DNA of 64,000 nucleotides from positions 5,376,001 through 5,440,000 of the forward strand of contig OZ241867.1 of assembly GCA_965203175.1 (NCBI GenBank), written 5' to 3'. The notes below the pieces were generated by a model. The model was not told the DNA's origin. It ran no database searches and saw nothing but the letters and a program-made list of their open reading frames with translations. The DNA is from Candidatus Latescibacterota bacterium (lineage in GTDB: Bacteria > Latescibacterota > UBA2968 > UBA8231). Positions within the stretch are counted from its first letter, which is position 1. Each line of letters starts with the position of its first letter. A program made the translations under genes and the position numbers. Below are positions 46,981 through 56,506 of this stretch, piece after piece.

Positions 46981-47859
46981 ATGAGAGACAACTTAACAGG
47001 GAAGAAAGGCAGAGAGCCGGTGGTTATTTCCCTTACCAAGAAGGAAACAGGATCTCGGCGCATAAGCCCCAGACGGCTCAAACAGGCGGTAGAGGGGATC
47101 AGGCAGGACGGATATGTCGTCATCGAAAACGCGGTCCCCCATGAACCGCTCGATATGCTCCGGGAGAAGATGGATCGGGATTCCAAGGTCTTGATCGATC
47201 GGGAGCAGTGGGGCGGCGCCGGACAGCTCAAAGGTCACCTGCAACAGGGACCGCCTCCGTTCGCTCCCTTTGTTTTTCGCGAGATTGTCGCCAATCCGTT
47301 TGTGATTCAGGTCAACACCGCCCTCCTCGGCGAGGGAATCTTCAACAACTTTTACAGCGGCAACACCAATTGTCCCGGCAGCGGCACCCAGCCGCTGCAC
47401 CGGGACGGGTCTCATCTATGGCCGGGTCACGAACCTCCTCACCCCACCGCCAGCGTGGCGGTAAATATCTCTCCGCACGATGTGACTGAAGAGAACGGAG
47501 CAGTGGAGCTGTGGCCGGGCACGCATCTGCACCCCTTCCCGGAAACGGTAATCGACAAGGAAACCGAAGAGGCGCAAAGGAAGGTTTCTCCCCCCATGAG
47601 CGGGTGCGCGAAAAAGGGCAGCGTGCTGATCAGAGATATGCGGCTCTGGCATAGAGGCGTGCCGAATCGGTCGGATCGACCGCGGCATATGACTGCTCAG
47701 GTCCACTGTATCCGCTGGTACAGGAATCGCGGACCGCTGATGTTCAACACCGGTTGTGAAAAGGTTTTTCCCGCTGATTGCGGTCTGGACCACAATGCGG
47801 AATTCACTGAGGAGCCGATTAACTATCTGTTGCTCAATCCGCCAGAAAACAAAAAGTAG
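46981..47859 (+). CDS. Phytanoyl-CoA dioxygenase (PhyH) family Fe(II)/2-oxoglutarate enzyme
   Basis: 'DGYVVIENAV', 'PGSGTQPLHRD' (HxD), 'ENGAVELWPGTH', 'GSVLIRDMRLWHRG.PN.S..PR'. Confidence 0.87.
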   Translation: MRDNLTGKKGREPVVISLTKKETGSRRISPRRLKQAVEGIRQDGYVVIENAVPHEPLDMLREKMDRDSKVLIDREQWGGAGQLKGHLQQGPPPFAPFVFREIVANPFVIQVNTALLGEGIFNNFYSGNTNCPGSGTQPLHRDGSHLWPGHEPPHPTASVAVNISPHDVTEENGAVELWPGTHLHPFPETVIDKETEEAQRKVSPPMSGCAKKGSVLIRDMRLWHRGVPNRSDRPRHMTAQVHCIRWYRNRGPLMFNTGCEKVFPADCGLDHNAEFTEEPINYLLLNPPENKK

Positions 47860-47893
47860 AGAATGAAGGGGTAAGCACTGTCCCCTCTTAAAT

Positions 47894-47938
47894 ACGACAC
47901 GGGGCCGTCCAAACTGGTATTGGACGGCCCCATGTCGT
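47894..47938. terminator. Stem-loop between convergent phyH and TonB-receptor genes (probable bidirectional terminator)
   Basis: ACGACACGGGGCCGTCCAA-ACTGGTA-TTGGACGGCCCCATGTCGT, a 19-bp stem with one mismatch. Confidence 0.78.
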
Positions 47939-47958
47939 TAAACTGCTGTTGCCCGGCT

Positions 47959-50900
47959 TCAACCGCCAAAATTACAGGACAAGGCCAGCTTCAACCGCCG
48001 TCCCTTGGGGTCGTGTGTAAAGCCATCGTACGCTTGCTCGATGTTGACCAGCGGCGGCATCGTGTCGAGCAGGTTCATCCCCGACAGCGCGATACTGACG
48101 CCCTCGGACAAGTCCCACAAGAAGCTCACATCCCAAGTGACGAACGAGTCAATGGTACCGAATACTTCTTTAATGTCATCATTACCGGAGTTCATCGATC
48201 CCCGGTCCTCGTACGACGAAATGTAATTCAAGAAGCTTACGAGGCGGTAGGCTCCCCAGTAATAGCCCGCTGACACCTGCCCCTTCAACTTCGGTAGCGA
48301 GGTTGCAATGGGATTGCCAAAGTTAAGATACCCGGCCGCGTCTGCCTCATCTTGCAGTACCAAGTCGCCGAGCGTCAGGGCCTTCGTCTGGTATTCCAGC
48401 GTGTACGTAGCGTCCAAGTTGAGCGAAAGTTCCCCGGCTCCGGCATCGGTGTGCCCGCCCAGATGCAAATCAATCCCCGAGGTCTTGACCCCTGGCCAAT
48501 TGACGATATCAACTCGCACCCGCTCAAGTTCGGAGGCCGCGCAGTTGCCAGTTGGCCCGTCCGGGCAGATAATGAACTGCTTAAGGGCCTCATTATTCGC
48601 TTCATCGGCATATAAGGCAGTTATGGCCCCGTGCGGCATGGCACCGATGACATCCTTGAAATCGTAGCTCCAGTAGTCAAACGTCGCATCAAAGCCCTCC
48701 TCGGTGACTAAGACGAAGCCCGCATTATAGGTAAAAGCCTGTTCGGGCTTGAGGTCTTTGCTGCCGATTCGGTCCACCGTTTGATAGGCACCCGTCTCAT
48801 TGATCCACTCGAGCGTCGAAAGCGGGTTTTCATTTACGTCGTCCAGCGATGGTGTGCGAAACGTCGTCTGCACCGAGCCGCGCAGAAACACGGATTGGGT
48901 CGGGGATTCCACTAACTGATAGCGCCAGCCAAACTTGGGGTCGAAACTGCTCGCCACATCGTGGAACTCGTAGTTGGCGGCGAGTTGGGTGTCAAAGCGC
49001 GACCCCAAGCTCAGGGGAATCTCGGCAAAGAAGCGATGCACGGTCTGCGATTCATCATACGGCCGATTCACATTGGTAAACGCATAGGGACCGAACTTGT
49101 CCTCCTCTGTGCAGGTATCATCGCCCACAACCGGGCAGGGGTTGATGGTAAAGTCGCCCTCGTCGTTGGGATCGCCGCTGGCATTGAGCAGGCGGAACTG
49201 GTAGCCAGCCGCGTAACTAGCGACGTCCTCAATCCAAGTGCCGCTCAGCGTCGCATCGGCGACCAGCAGATCCGCGGCGCTCTGTAGATCGACTTCATTA
49301 TTTGCCAGCCAGTGCCGCAACTCGGGGCTGTTGGCAAGGTTGGCGCGGTAATCGGGATTCGCTTGGGTTGCAAACTCCGCGCCATATTGATCCGCGAACT
49401 CGATGGCATTGCCGAAGGGGTTGTAGTACTGGCAGTCGCCCTGACCCGCCTCTTGGCCGTTGAGCGGGCCGAGCCGCATCCCAGCAAGGGACGAGAGATC
49501 CGCCTCCACGCCAACGCCGCAATCGGGTCCGCCAAACCCGCGGAAGCCGAGGAATATCCGCTCGATGTACACCCCCGGCAGGTTGTAGTTGCCCTCGGTG
49601 CGGGAATAGGAGAGACCTAAATCAAAATGGGCATTTTGACTAAGGTCGCCATTGGCGGAAGCCGCCACGCGCCACGTGCGAGAGTCGCGGCCCAATATGC
49701 GCCCAGGACCCGAATTGCCAAATGGACGGCCGTTAAAATACCAGTTCTCGCCGCCTTGGCATTCGTTGTAGTACAGGTCGCCTTCCTCAGCACCGTAGTC
49801 CGCACAGAACGCCTCCCGGCCTGGATGGTTGGGCGCGACCTCCATGATGCTCGTGTCTGTCAGAGGGAAGGGAGGATACGAAGGCGTGGTGTACCATTCG
49901 GGAATTTCCGCTTCGGCCAACAGGCCCTCGAAATGATACTCTATGCCATTGTCCAACGCGCCGTTGATCTCGGCAAAAGCGCGCATATGGCTCATGTCCT
50001 CAATCAGATTCTCGTACTGCTGATAGCGGAAGCGGCAGGTCCAAGACTCCCGGAAGCCGCCAAACTGCTCACAACGCGGGGCGTGGATGGCAGCAGTCCA
50101 AGGGGCCGGAGCGCCAACGGCGAAGGTGCCTGGGTTCCCCAAGCTCGACCAGCCGAGGCGCTGCCCACCGCCGTGCCACGGCTGCAGCAGGTAGTCTCTT
50201 TCGGAGGCCGGTAGCGCCTGACGCCCTCTCCATTCCCCAGCAACAACCGCATGAGCCTCACCGATCTTCCCACCCCAGATCGCGCCGACATTGCTATCGC
50301 CCGCGCCAGCGATATACTCGTGCGCGGCCGAGACCTCAAATCCCTCAAAGTCGGAGCGGGTCAAAAAATTGGCGACACCAGCCACCGCATCCGAACCATA
50401 GATGGCCGAGGCCCCTTCCTTGAGCACCTCGACCCGATCCACGGCGATAGAAGGGATGGCATTTACATCGACAAAGCGCCCGCCGATCAAGCGCGCTGGC
50501 ACATAGGTCTGGCGGCTGCTGTTGATCAACACCAGCGTCCGCGAGGCTCCCAATCCGCGCAGATTGACGTTGGCAATGCTCTCGGAAAGGGTCGCGGCTT
50601 GGTTAGCGTTGTACCAACTGCTGCGCTCGCCGATCACTCCGTGGCTAGCGCTCAAGTTCTTAAAGAAATCAACCGCCTGCGGTGACCCTTGCTCGGCCAT
50701 CTTTTCTCGACCGGTCACCGCGACGGCGTAGGTCAAGCTGATGGGAGATTCCTTAACCGCGGTGCCGGTCACCACCACTTCCTCCAATTCGACCGCACTA
50801 GCCATCAGTTCCAGCTCGACGGTCACAACCTCGCCAGCGACAACCACGACGGTTTCGGTTGCACTCTCGTAGCCGATCAATTCGGCAGTGATCCGGTATT

Positions 50901-51117
50901 CGCCAGCGGGGACCTTGGCCATGGTGAAACGGCCGTCCTCGCTCCATTCCGCGCTCCTGTTTAACTCCGCGATATAGACTTGGGCCAGATCCTGCACCGT
51001 CCCTTTCTCAGCATCGACGACTGTGCCCACAATGGTACCCGTTGATTCGGCCTGAGCTTGGGCGGCAGGCAAGGCCAAAAGTAGGGTTATAAAAATGCAC
51101 TTGCTCCAGAGTCGCAT
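47959..51117 (-). CDS. TonB-dependent receptor with N-terminal carboxypeptidase-regulatory-like domain
   Basis: Signal peptide, TonB-box-like 'LEEVVVTGT', plug 'NVNLRGLGASRTLVLIN...DRVEVLKEGASAIYGSDAVAGVANF', barrel 'FRTPSL', 'LKPEQA', 'NLLDTMPP'. Confidence 0.92.
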   Translation of the reverse strand: MRLWSKCIFITLLLALPAAQAQAESTGTIVGTVVDAEKGTVQDLAQVYIAELNRSAEWSEDGRFTMAKVPAGEYRITAELIGYESATETVVVVAGEVVTVELELMASAVELEEVVVTGTAVKESPISLTYAVAVTGREKMAEQGSPQAVDFFKNLSASHGVIGERSSWYNANQAATLSESIANVNLRGLGASRTLVLINSSRQTYVPARLIGGRFVDVNAIPSIAVDRVEVLKEGASAIYGSDAVAGVANFLTRSDFEGFEVSAAHEYIAGAGDSNVGAIWGGKIGEAHAVVAGEWRGRQALPASERDYLLQPWHGGGQRLGWSSLGNPGTFAVGAPAPWTAAIHAPRCEQFGGFRESWTCRFRYQQYENLIEDMSHMRAFAEINGALDNGIEYHFEGLLAEAEIPEWYTTPSYPPFPLTDTSIMEVAPNHPGREAFCADYGAEEGDLYYNECQGGENWYFNGRPFGNSGPGRILGRDSRTWRVAASANGDLSQNAHFDLGLSYSRTEGNYNLPGVYIERIFLGFRGFGGPDCGVGVEADLSSLAGMRLGPLNGQEAGQGDCQYYNPFGNAIEFADQYGAEFATQANPDYRANLANSPELRHWLANNEVDLQSAADLLVADATLSGTWIEDVASYAAGYQFRLLNASGDPNDEGDFTINPCPVVGDDTCTEEDKFGPYAFTNVNRPYDESQTVHRFFAEIPLSLGSRFDTQLAANYEFHDVASSFDPKFGWRYQLVESPTQSVFLRGSVQTTFRTPSLDDVNENPLSTLEWINETGAYQTVDRIGSKDLKPEQAFTYNAGFVLVTEEGFDATFDYWSYDFKDVIGAMPHGAITALYADEANNEALKQFIICPDGPTGNCAASELERVRVDIVNWPGVKTSGIDLHLGGHTDAGAGELSLNLDATYTLEYQTKALTLGDLVLQDEADAAGYLNFGNPIATSLPKLKGQVSAGYYWGAYRLVSFLNYISSYEDRGSMNSGNDDIKEVFGTIDSFVTWDVSFLWDLSEGVSIALSGMNLLDTMPPLVNIEQAYDGFTHDPKGRRLKLALSCNFGG

Positions 51118-51180
51118 ATGACCTCTCCTTTTGGGGGGGGATGAGAGGTGAAAAAACTAGCGTTCAATCGCTATACTATA

Positions 51181-51333
51181 CTACGGCCCAGTCGCTCTGT
51201 CCAATGGCGAGGCGGATTTTTGGCCCATTTGGCAGCCAACCGCATTGGCTGGAACTTCGGCCGCATTGTCCCGGTTGAAGAAGTAGGTACCTTCAAGCCG
51301 CACCTCGTCACCGAGCTAACTGAAACTGTGAAG
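51181..51333 (+). pseudogene. Decayed duplicate of the 3' part of the HAD gene
   Basis: 51181-51306 aligns to 46577-46703 (one 1-bp deletion and several substitutions), then jumps to ACCGAGCTAAC...TGTGAAG, matching the HAD stop region at about 46887-46915. Confidence 0.85.
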
Positions 51334-51366
51334 TTGTCCATCTATAATTATTAGAAAGTGGGCGTT

Positions 51367-53352
51367 ATGAGATCGATAATCGGATGTCTCATGGGACTAA
51401 TATTGGGCATCAGTGCCAGTGCCGAGTCACTCGTCGAAGGGCGGGTGCGGCTAGCTTCGGGGCAACCGGTCGGCGGCGCACAAGTGCGGCTGTTTGCTGC
51501 GACCGACCTGGGCCGCTCGATTCGCACTACCACCGATGAGACCGGCTATTTTGCCTTGTCCCTAGCGGCATTGAGTACGAACGTCTTGGCGGAACAAACC
51601 GTCCTGCCGCAACAATTTTACTTAGGACAGAATTACCCCAACCCGTTCAACCCTTCTACAATCATTCCCTATCGCCTGCCGATCTCGACTAGGGTGCGGC
51701 TAGAAGTGCTCAACGTCTTGGGGCAGCGCCTAGCGACGTTGGTGGATGCGGAGCAGCCAGCGGGCTTTCACACAGCGACGTGGGATGGCACGGATGCGTC
51801 GGGACGGGGCGTCGCCGCAGGGGTATATCTGTATCGGCTAGTGGGCAATGAAGTGCGTTTAACTCGGTCGATGGTCCTGCTCGACGGAGCGGTTGGGAGC
51901 ACCTCTGCGGGTCCGGTGGGCAAGGAACTAGTGGGAGCGACGCAGGTTTATGGATTGACCGTCTCAGGCCAGGGCTTGATCCCCTACGTGGATCCGGCCT
52001 TTCGGGCAGGAGCCGATGCTGTCAATATTGTGGTCGAAGTACTCGACAGTGTTTCCCAAGATAAAGGGGCCGTGAATAGGTTGTTAGGCGACCTCGATAA
52101 CAACGGTCGCGTCGATTGGGCCGATGCGCTGCTAGCCGTCCTGTACAGCGAAGATTCCTCCATCGCTCTGCCCAACAACGGCGATATCTCCTTGGGCGAT
52201 GTCAGCCGAGACGGGCATATCGACCTAGCCGACGCCCAGCTTATCGAGGCGTATAGCATCGATCCGTTCCACCCGTTGCTGCCTGGGTGGATCGGCAAGC
52301 CGGTGGACCCGCCGCCACTCGAAGACCCGCGCCTGACGCAGATCGAGCTGCCGGAAGGGTTCCACATCCGCGTATACGCCAAAGGGGTACCCGGTGCTCG
52401 CTCGCTGAGCCTCAGCCCAGATGGCACCCTATTCGTCGGCACCCGGTCCCCCGGCCGCGTGTACGCACTGCGCGACGAAGACGGCGACCACAAGGCAGAG
52501 CGAGTCATCATCCTCGCCAAGGGACTGAATAGACCCAACGGCGTCGCCTTCAAGGACGGCGACCTGTACGTAGCCGAAATCAGCCGTATCCTGCGCTATC
52601 GCAACATTGAAGCGCACCTCGACAACCCGCCGCAACCGGAGATCGTCAACGACGCTTTCCCAACAGACCGCGCCCACGGCTGGAAGTTCATCCGCTTTGG
52701 CCCCGACGGTTTGCTGTACGTGCCGGTCGGTGCACCGTGCAACATCTGCGCTTCCCCCGATCCGTACGCGTCAATCGGCAGGTTGGACCCCGCCACGGGC
52801 GACTTCGAGGTCGTGTCCCGGGGCGTGCGCAATTCCGTTGGCTTCGACTGGCACCCGGAAACAGGGGAAATGTGGTTCACGGAAAACGGCAGAGACTGGA
52901 TGGGAGACGACATGCCGCCAGACGAACTGAACCGAGTAACCGCCGATGGGCAGCACTTCGGCTATCCCTACTGCCACGGCACCGACATCGCCGATCCAGC
53001 TTTCGGCGCTCAGCGTGGCTGCGGCGAGTTCGTTCCACCAGTCCAAGAACTCGGCCCGCACGTAGCCGCCCTTGGGATGCGCTTTTACACTGGCAACATG
53101 TTTCCGGCGGAATACCGCAATCATATCTTCATCGCCGAACACGGCTCTTGGAACCGCAGCCGCAAGATCGGCTACCGCCTCACCCTAGTGCGTTTGGCCA
53201 CCGACGGGGCGGTCAGTTACGAGCCGTTCGCGGAAGGCTGGCTACAGGGAGAATCGAACTGGGGCCGGCCGGTTGACGTTCTCGTGATGCCCGATGGTTC
53301 ACTGCTGGTCTCGGACGATCAGGCCGGTCTAATCTATCGAATCAGTCACTGA
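51367..53352 (+). CDS. Mosaic exported protein: carboxypeptidase-regulatory-like, internal FlgD-Ig/T9SS-CTD-like, dockerin-like EF-hand pair, and glucose/sorbosone dehydrogenase beta-propeller
   Basis: 'LGQNYPNPFNPSTII...WDGTDASGRGVAAGVYLYRL'; 'GDLDNNGRVDWADALL' and 'GDVSRDGHIDLADAQL'; 'HGWKFIRFGPDGLLYVPVGAPCNIC', 'GVRNSVGFDWHP', 'NGRDWMGDDMPPDELN', 'HGSWNR', 'GRPVDV'. Confidence 0.85.
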   Translation: MRSIIGCLMGLILGISASAESLVEGRVRLASGQPVGGAQVRLFAATDLGRSIRTTTDETGYFALSLAALSTNVLAEQTVLPQQFYLGQNYPNPFNPSTIIPYRLPISTRVRLEVLNVLGQRLATLVDAEQPAGFHTATWDGTDASGRGVAAGVYLYRLVGNEVRLTRSMVLLDGAVGSTSAGPVGKELVGATQVYGLTVSGQGLIPYVDPAFRAGADAVNIVVEVLDSVSQDKGAVNRLLGDLDNNGRVDWADALLAVLYSEDSSIALPNNGDISLGDVSRDGHIDLADAQLIEAYSIDPFHPLLPGWIGKPVDPPPLEDPRLTQIELPEGFHIRVYAKGVPGARSLSLSPDGTLFVGTRSPGRVYALRDEDGDHKAERVIILAKGLNRPNGVAFKDGDLYVAEISRILRYRNIEAHLDNPPQPEIVNDAFPTDRAHGWKFIRFGPDGLLYVPVGAPCNICASPDPYASIGRLDPATGDFEVVSRGVRNSVGFDWHPETGEMWFTENGRDWMGDDMPPDELNRVTADGQHFGYPYCHGTDIADPAFGAQRGCGEFVPPVQELGPHVAALGMRFYTGNMFPAEYRNHIFIAEHGSWNRSRKIGYRLTLVRLATDGAVSYEPFAEGWLQGESNWGRPVDVLVMPDGSLLVSDDQAGLIYRISH

Positions 53353-54149
53353 GGCCGCGTATACAACGCTTCAAACCGGTCCTTGGCCTCCCAGCCCAAG
53401 AGCCGCTTGGCCTTGTCGGGCCGGTACTTGTCGTGCGGCAGCTGCGCACAGATAAAGAAATCCTCGTACGGCGATGGCATCTCGGGTGCCCGCAACCCAT
53501 ACAAGAACGCCTCCCCGGTGTCCTCCCACGAGGTCGAGTATGGATACACGCCCTGCCCATGTTCCTCGGGCAGGACTTCCCTCGGCCGAAAATGCGTATA
53601 GACAAAGGTGAGCACCTCCAAGCCCTCGCGCTCGGCAAACACGCGCGTAATGTGCCCCCCGAGATACTTGCTCACTGCGTAGAGATCCTTGCCTGGATGC
53701 AGCGGGATGTCTGCTTCCACTTGGAAGTCGTTCCAATAGTCGGCATTGTGGCCCAGTGAGGTGTGAAAAGGCCCAGTGTGGATCAGCCTTTTTATCCCGC
53801 AGGCCACGCAGGCTTTGGCCACGTTGTACGCGCCGACCATGTTGACTTGGAAGGCCAGTACTGGATGCGGCCGGACGACGGACACATTGATCGCCGCGTC
53901 CATGCCCTCGCAGGCCGCCAACACTTGCGCGTAGTCGGTAATATCGACAACCCGATTTTCGTGCGGCGATCCCAACACCTCCGGAATCGGTGCCCGGGGA
54001 TTTTGCGGCGACGCGGCCGCTACTTCCGTCATTGGCCGGAGATCGGTCACCCGCAACGTGTAGTGATCTTTGAGTGCGGCAATCGCCGTAGCGCCGACCG
54101 GACCACCCGCTCCAAACAACACCACCTTGCCTTCGTTCACCGTTGCCAT
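53346..54149 (-). CDS. NAD-dependent epimerase/dehydratase (extended SDR, uronate-dehydrogenase-like)
   Basis: 'LFGAGGPVG', 'VDITDYAQV', 'VNMVGAYNV', catalytic 'YAVSK', 'AKRLLGWE'. Confidence 0.8.
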   Translation of the reverse strand: MATVNEGKVVLFGAGGPVGATAIAALKDHYTLRVTDLRPMTEVAAASPQNPRAPIPEVLGSPHENRVVDITDYAQVLAACEGMDAAINVSVVRPHPVLAFQVNMVGAYNVAKACVACGIKRLIHTGPFHTSLGHNADYWNDFQVEADIPLHPGKDLYAVSKYLGGHITRVFAEREGLEVLTFVYTHFRPREVLPEEHGQGVYPYSTSWEDTGEAFLYGLRAPEMPSPYEDFFICAQLPHDKYRPDKAKRLLGWEAKDRFEALYTRPQ

Positions 54150-54159
54150 AATGCCCCCT

Positions 54160-54759
54160 TTAGGCGAAGCGCCCGCTCGACGCTACGTGCGCCAGCGACC
54201 AGTGGTGCCCTTTGCGCTCGGCGGTTAGGGCTTGGCGCACCGCTTCCACAGCGTCGTCGGTCGTGGTCTCCTCATCCAATTCACCGAAGCGTAAACAGCG
54301 CACCTCAATCTGACCAGTGCGGGCGGTCTCGCGGCCGACTAATTCGGCCATAAGCGGTGCCAGCGACCCGGCTTCCGCCTTCGGCAAGGCATTCCACTGC
54401 GGATCGACTAGATATTCCTCCGGGTAGTCGCGCACCAAATCGAGGCGACTCAACAGCACCGCTTTCTCAATGCCCACGGCACAGGCCGCCGTCAACGCCA
54501 CGTAGGTTCCCCGCGCCGCAGTATCGAGCACGGCCCCTTCGTCGTCGCCAGCCGGGTCGCCGCCCGCCGCGTGGACAATGGCCCCCACGCCTGCCAGCGC
54601 CGGATCTAATACCTCGCGCTGAAGCAAATCGACCTGCCGGTAGCCAGCTAGGTCGCTCGTCTCCTCTGCACCGAGCGACACCACTTCAAAATCCGCGCCC
54701 AACTCAGCCGCCAGTAGCGCTCCCCAAGGGCGGTCCGCGCCGATTATCGCCACGCGCAT
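54160..54759 (-). CDS. Degenerate NAD(P)-binding SDR-like protein
   Basis: Rossmann-like 'VAIIGADRPWG', 'VDLL...GVGAIVHAA', 'RGTYVAL.AA', 'EVRCLRFG'. No YxxxK motif. Confidence 0.65.
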   Translation of the reverse strand: MRVAIIGADRPWGALLAAELGADFEVVSLGAEETSDLAGYRQVDLLQREVLDPALAGVGAIVHAAGGDPAGDDEGAVLDTAARGTYVALTAACAVGIEKAVLLSRLDLVRDYPEEYLVDPQWNALPKAEAGSLAPLMAELVGRETARTGQIEVRCLRFGELDEETTTDDAVEAVRQALTAERKGHHWSLAHVASSGRFA

Positions 54760-54769
54760 AACATCTCCT

Positions 54770-55570
54770 CTACCAAGAAAGTTTCTCAGACAAATTGTGA
54801 AAAAAGTAATTATCGTCGAGGTATATCAACCGCGCCGTGTGCGCAGCTTGACCGACGTACACTTCCTGCTCGGGGGCTAAGCTGCATATCTCGTAACCAT
54901 CGGCAATGAGCGCCACCTGACTGTCTACGGTCTCAGGGCTGACGCGCAGCCGCACTCGTTTTTCAGCCGGCAGGATCAAGGTCCGCGACGTGAAGTTGTA
55001 TTCGTTGATGCCGTCGAGCAGCATGCAGCGCACTTCGGGCATGACCAGCGGCGCGCCCATCGACAACAACAGCCCGGTGCTGCCCGTTGGCGTGCCGACG
55101 ACCACGCCATCGCCGCGAATGGTGCGAATTTTGGCATCGTCAACGAATACGTCCGTCGAGAGCATCTTGTGATGTGCCCGCAAGGTCACCTCGTTGAAGA
55201 CCAACCCCTCGCCGCAGGGATGGCGGCAAGAGAGCACCAAGCGTTCGCTGACGAAGTACTGGCCATCAACTAAGAGCTCGACTATGCGCGCCAAATCCTT
55301 GCGGTCCCCAGCGGTCAAAAAGCCGACGGTGCCGAAATTGATCGCCAGCACTGGCCGCTGCGGGAAGCGCGCAAAGGCGCGGAGCACTGTGCCATCGCCT
55401 CCAAGCGCAATAACCAAATCTAGGTCGTCCGGACGCTCATCGCTCTCGATAAAGCGCACCTGAATCCCATGCGGATCAAACAGGTCGCGCACCTCGGAGA
55501 CCAGATAGTCCAAATCCTGGTCACGCGGCAGGACCCCGACCTTTTTCAGTTCGAGTTGCACCGACGCCAA
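54770..55570 (-). CDS. nadK: NAD(+) kinase
   Basis: 'IALGGDGTVLRA', 'INFGTVGFLT', 'FNEV', 'GDGVVVGTPTGSTG', 'GAPLV.P'. Confidence 0.88.
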   Translation of the reverse strand: MASVQLELKKVGVLPRDQDLDYLVSEVRDLFDPHGIQVRFIESDERPDDLDLVIALGGDGTVLRAFARFPQRPVLAINFGTVGFLTAGDRKDLARIVELLVDGQYFVSERLVLSCRHPCGEGLVFNEVTLRAHHKMLSTDVFVDDAKIRTIRGDGVVVGTPTGSTGLLLSMGAPLVMPEVRCMLLDGINEYNFTSRTLILPAEKRVRLRVSPETVDSQVALIADGYEICSLAPEQEVYVGQAAHTARLIYLDDNYFFHNLSEKLSW

Positions 55571-55580
55571 CCTCGGGGGG

Positions 55581-56492
55581 CTACTCGGCCCGCGCTTGTC
55601 TGTCGGCTTGGGCCTCGTAGGCCTTGATCAGCGCCTGAGTCCCCTCTTCGGCGCAACCAGCGCGCTCGACGATGTTGAAAAACTGGTGGGCTATGCTCAC
55701 GGCCGGCAGAGCCAGCTTGACATCGTTGGCCGCCTGCAACACCAACCGCAGGTCCTTTTGCTGCAAATAGACCATAAAGCCTGGGTCAAAATCGCCAGCG
55801 GCAATGCGCGGACCTAAATTGCTCAACTGCCAAGAGCCAGCCGCTCCGCCGCTGATGGCGTCGATGACCTTTTGCACGTCCAAGTCGGAGGTCGCCGCCA
55901 GCATCAGGGCCTCGGCCATCGCCATGTTGTTGACCGAAACCGCGATCTGATTGCAGAGCTTGGTGGTCTGTCCAGCGCCGTTGGAACCAATCAAGTTGAT
56001 GTTGGTACCCATCGCCTCAAAGACCGGTAGGCACTGATTAAAAACGGCCTCGTCGCCGCCGACCATGATCGACAGAGTGCCATTGATCGCGCCCACATCC
56101 CCGCCGCTGACGGGTGCATCGAGCATGGCCACGCCCCGCTCCTGCAAGGCCGCGGCCACTTCGCGGGTAACTTTGGGCGACACCGTGCTCATATCGATGA
56201 CAACTGCGCCCTCTTTGGCCCCGTGGATCGCGCCCTCCTCGCCCACGAGCACGGCCTCCATATCGGGCGTGTCCGTGACGATACTGATAATGACATCCGC
56301 ACCCGTCGCCGCCGCCTTGGGCGAACCGACGCGCACTCCACCCGCGGCGACGACCTCGTCAACGCGCGACCGGTCGCTGCGGTTGTATGCGTTGAGTTGA
56401 TAGCCGGCTTTGAGCAGGTTCTTGGCCATGGGCGCGCCCATGATCCCCAAGCCGATAAAGCCGATTTGCGTTTGCCCCGGTGCTGCTGACAT
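55581..56492 (-). CDS. Beta-hydroxyacid dehydrogenase (2-hydroxy-3-oxopropionate reductase/3-hydroxyisobutyrate dehydrogenase family)
   Basis: 'IGFIGLGIMGAPMAKNL', 'DAPVSGGDVGA..GTLSIMVGG', 'GQTTKLCNQI', 'F.PGF....QKDL'. Confidence 0.88.
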   Translation of the reverse strand: MSAAPGQTQIGFIGLGIMGAPMAKNLLKAGYQLNAYNRSDRSRVDEVVAAGGVRVGSPKAAATGADVIISIVTDTPDMEAVLVGEEGAIHGAKEGAVVIDMSTVSPKVTREVAAALQERGVAMLDAPVSGGDVGAINGTLSIMVGGDEAVFNQCLPVFEAMGTNINLIGSNGAGQTTKLCNQIAVSVNNMAMAEALMLAATSDLDVQKVIDAISGGAAGSWQLSNLGPRIAAGDFDPGFMVYLQQKDLRLVLQAANDVKLALPAVSIAHQFFNIVERAGCAEEGTQALIKAYEAQADRQARAE

Positions 56493-56506
56493 GATTCCTC
56501 TCCAAT

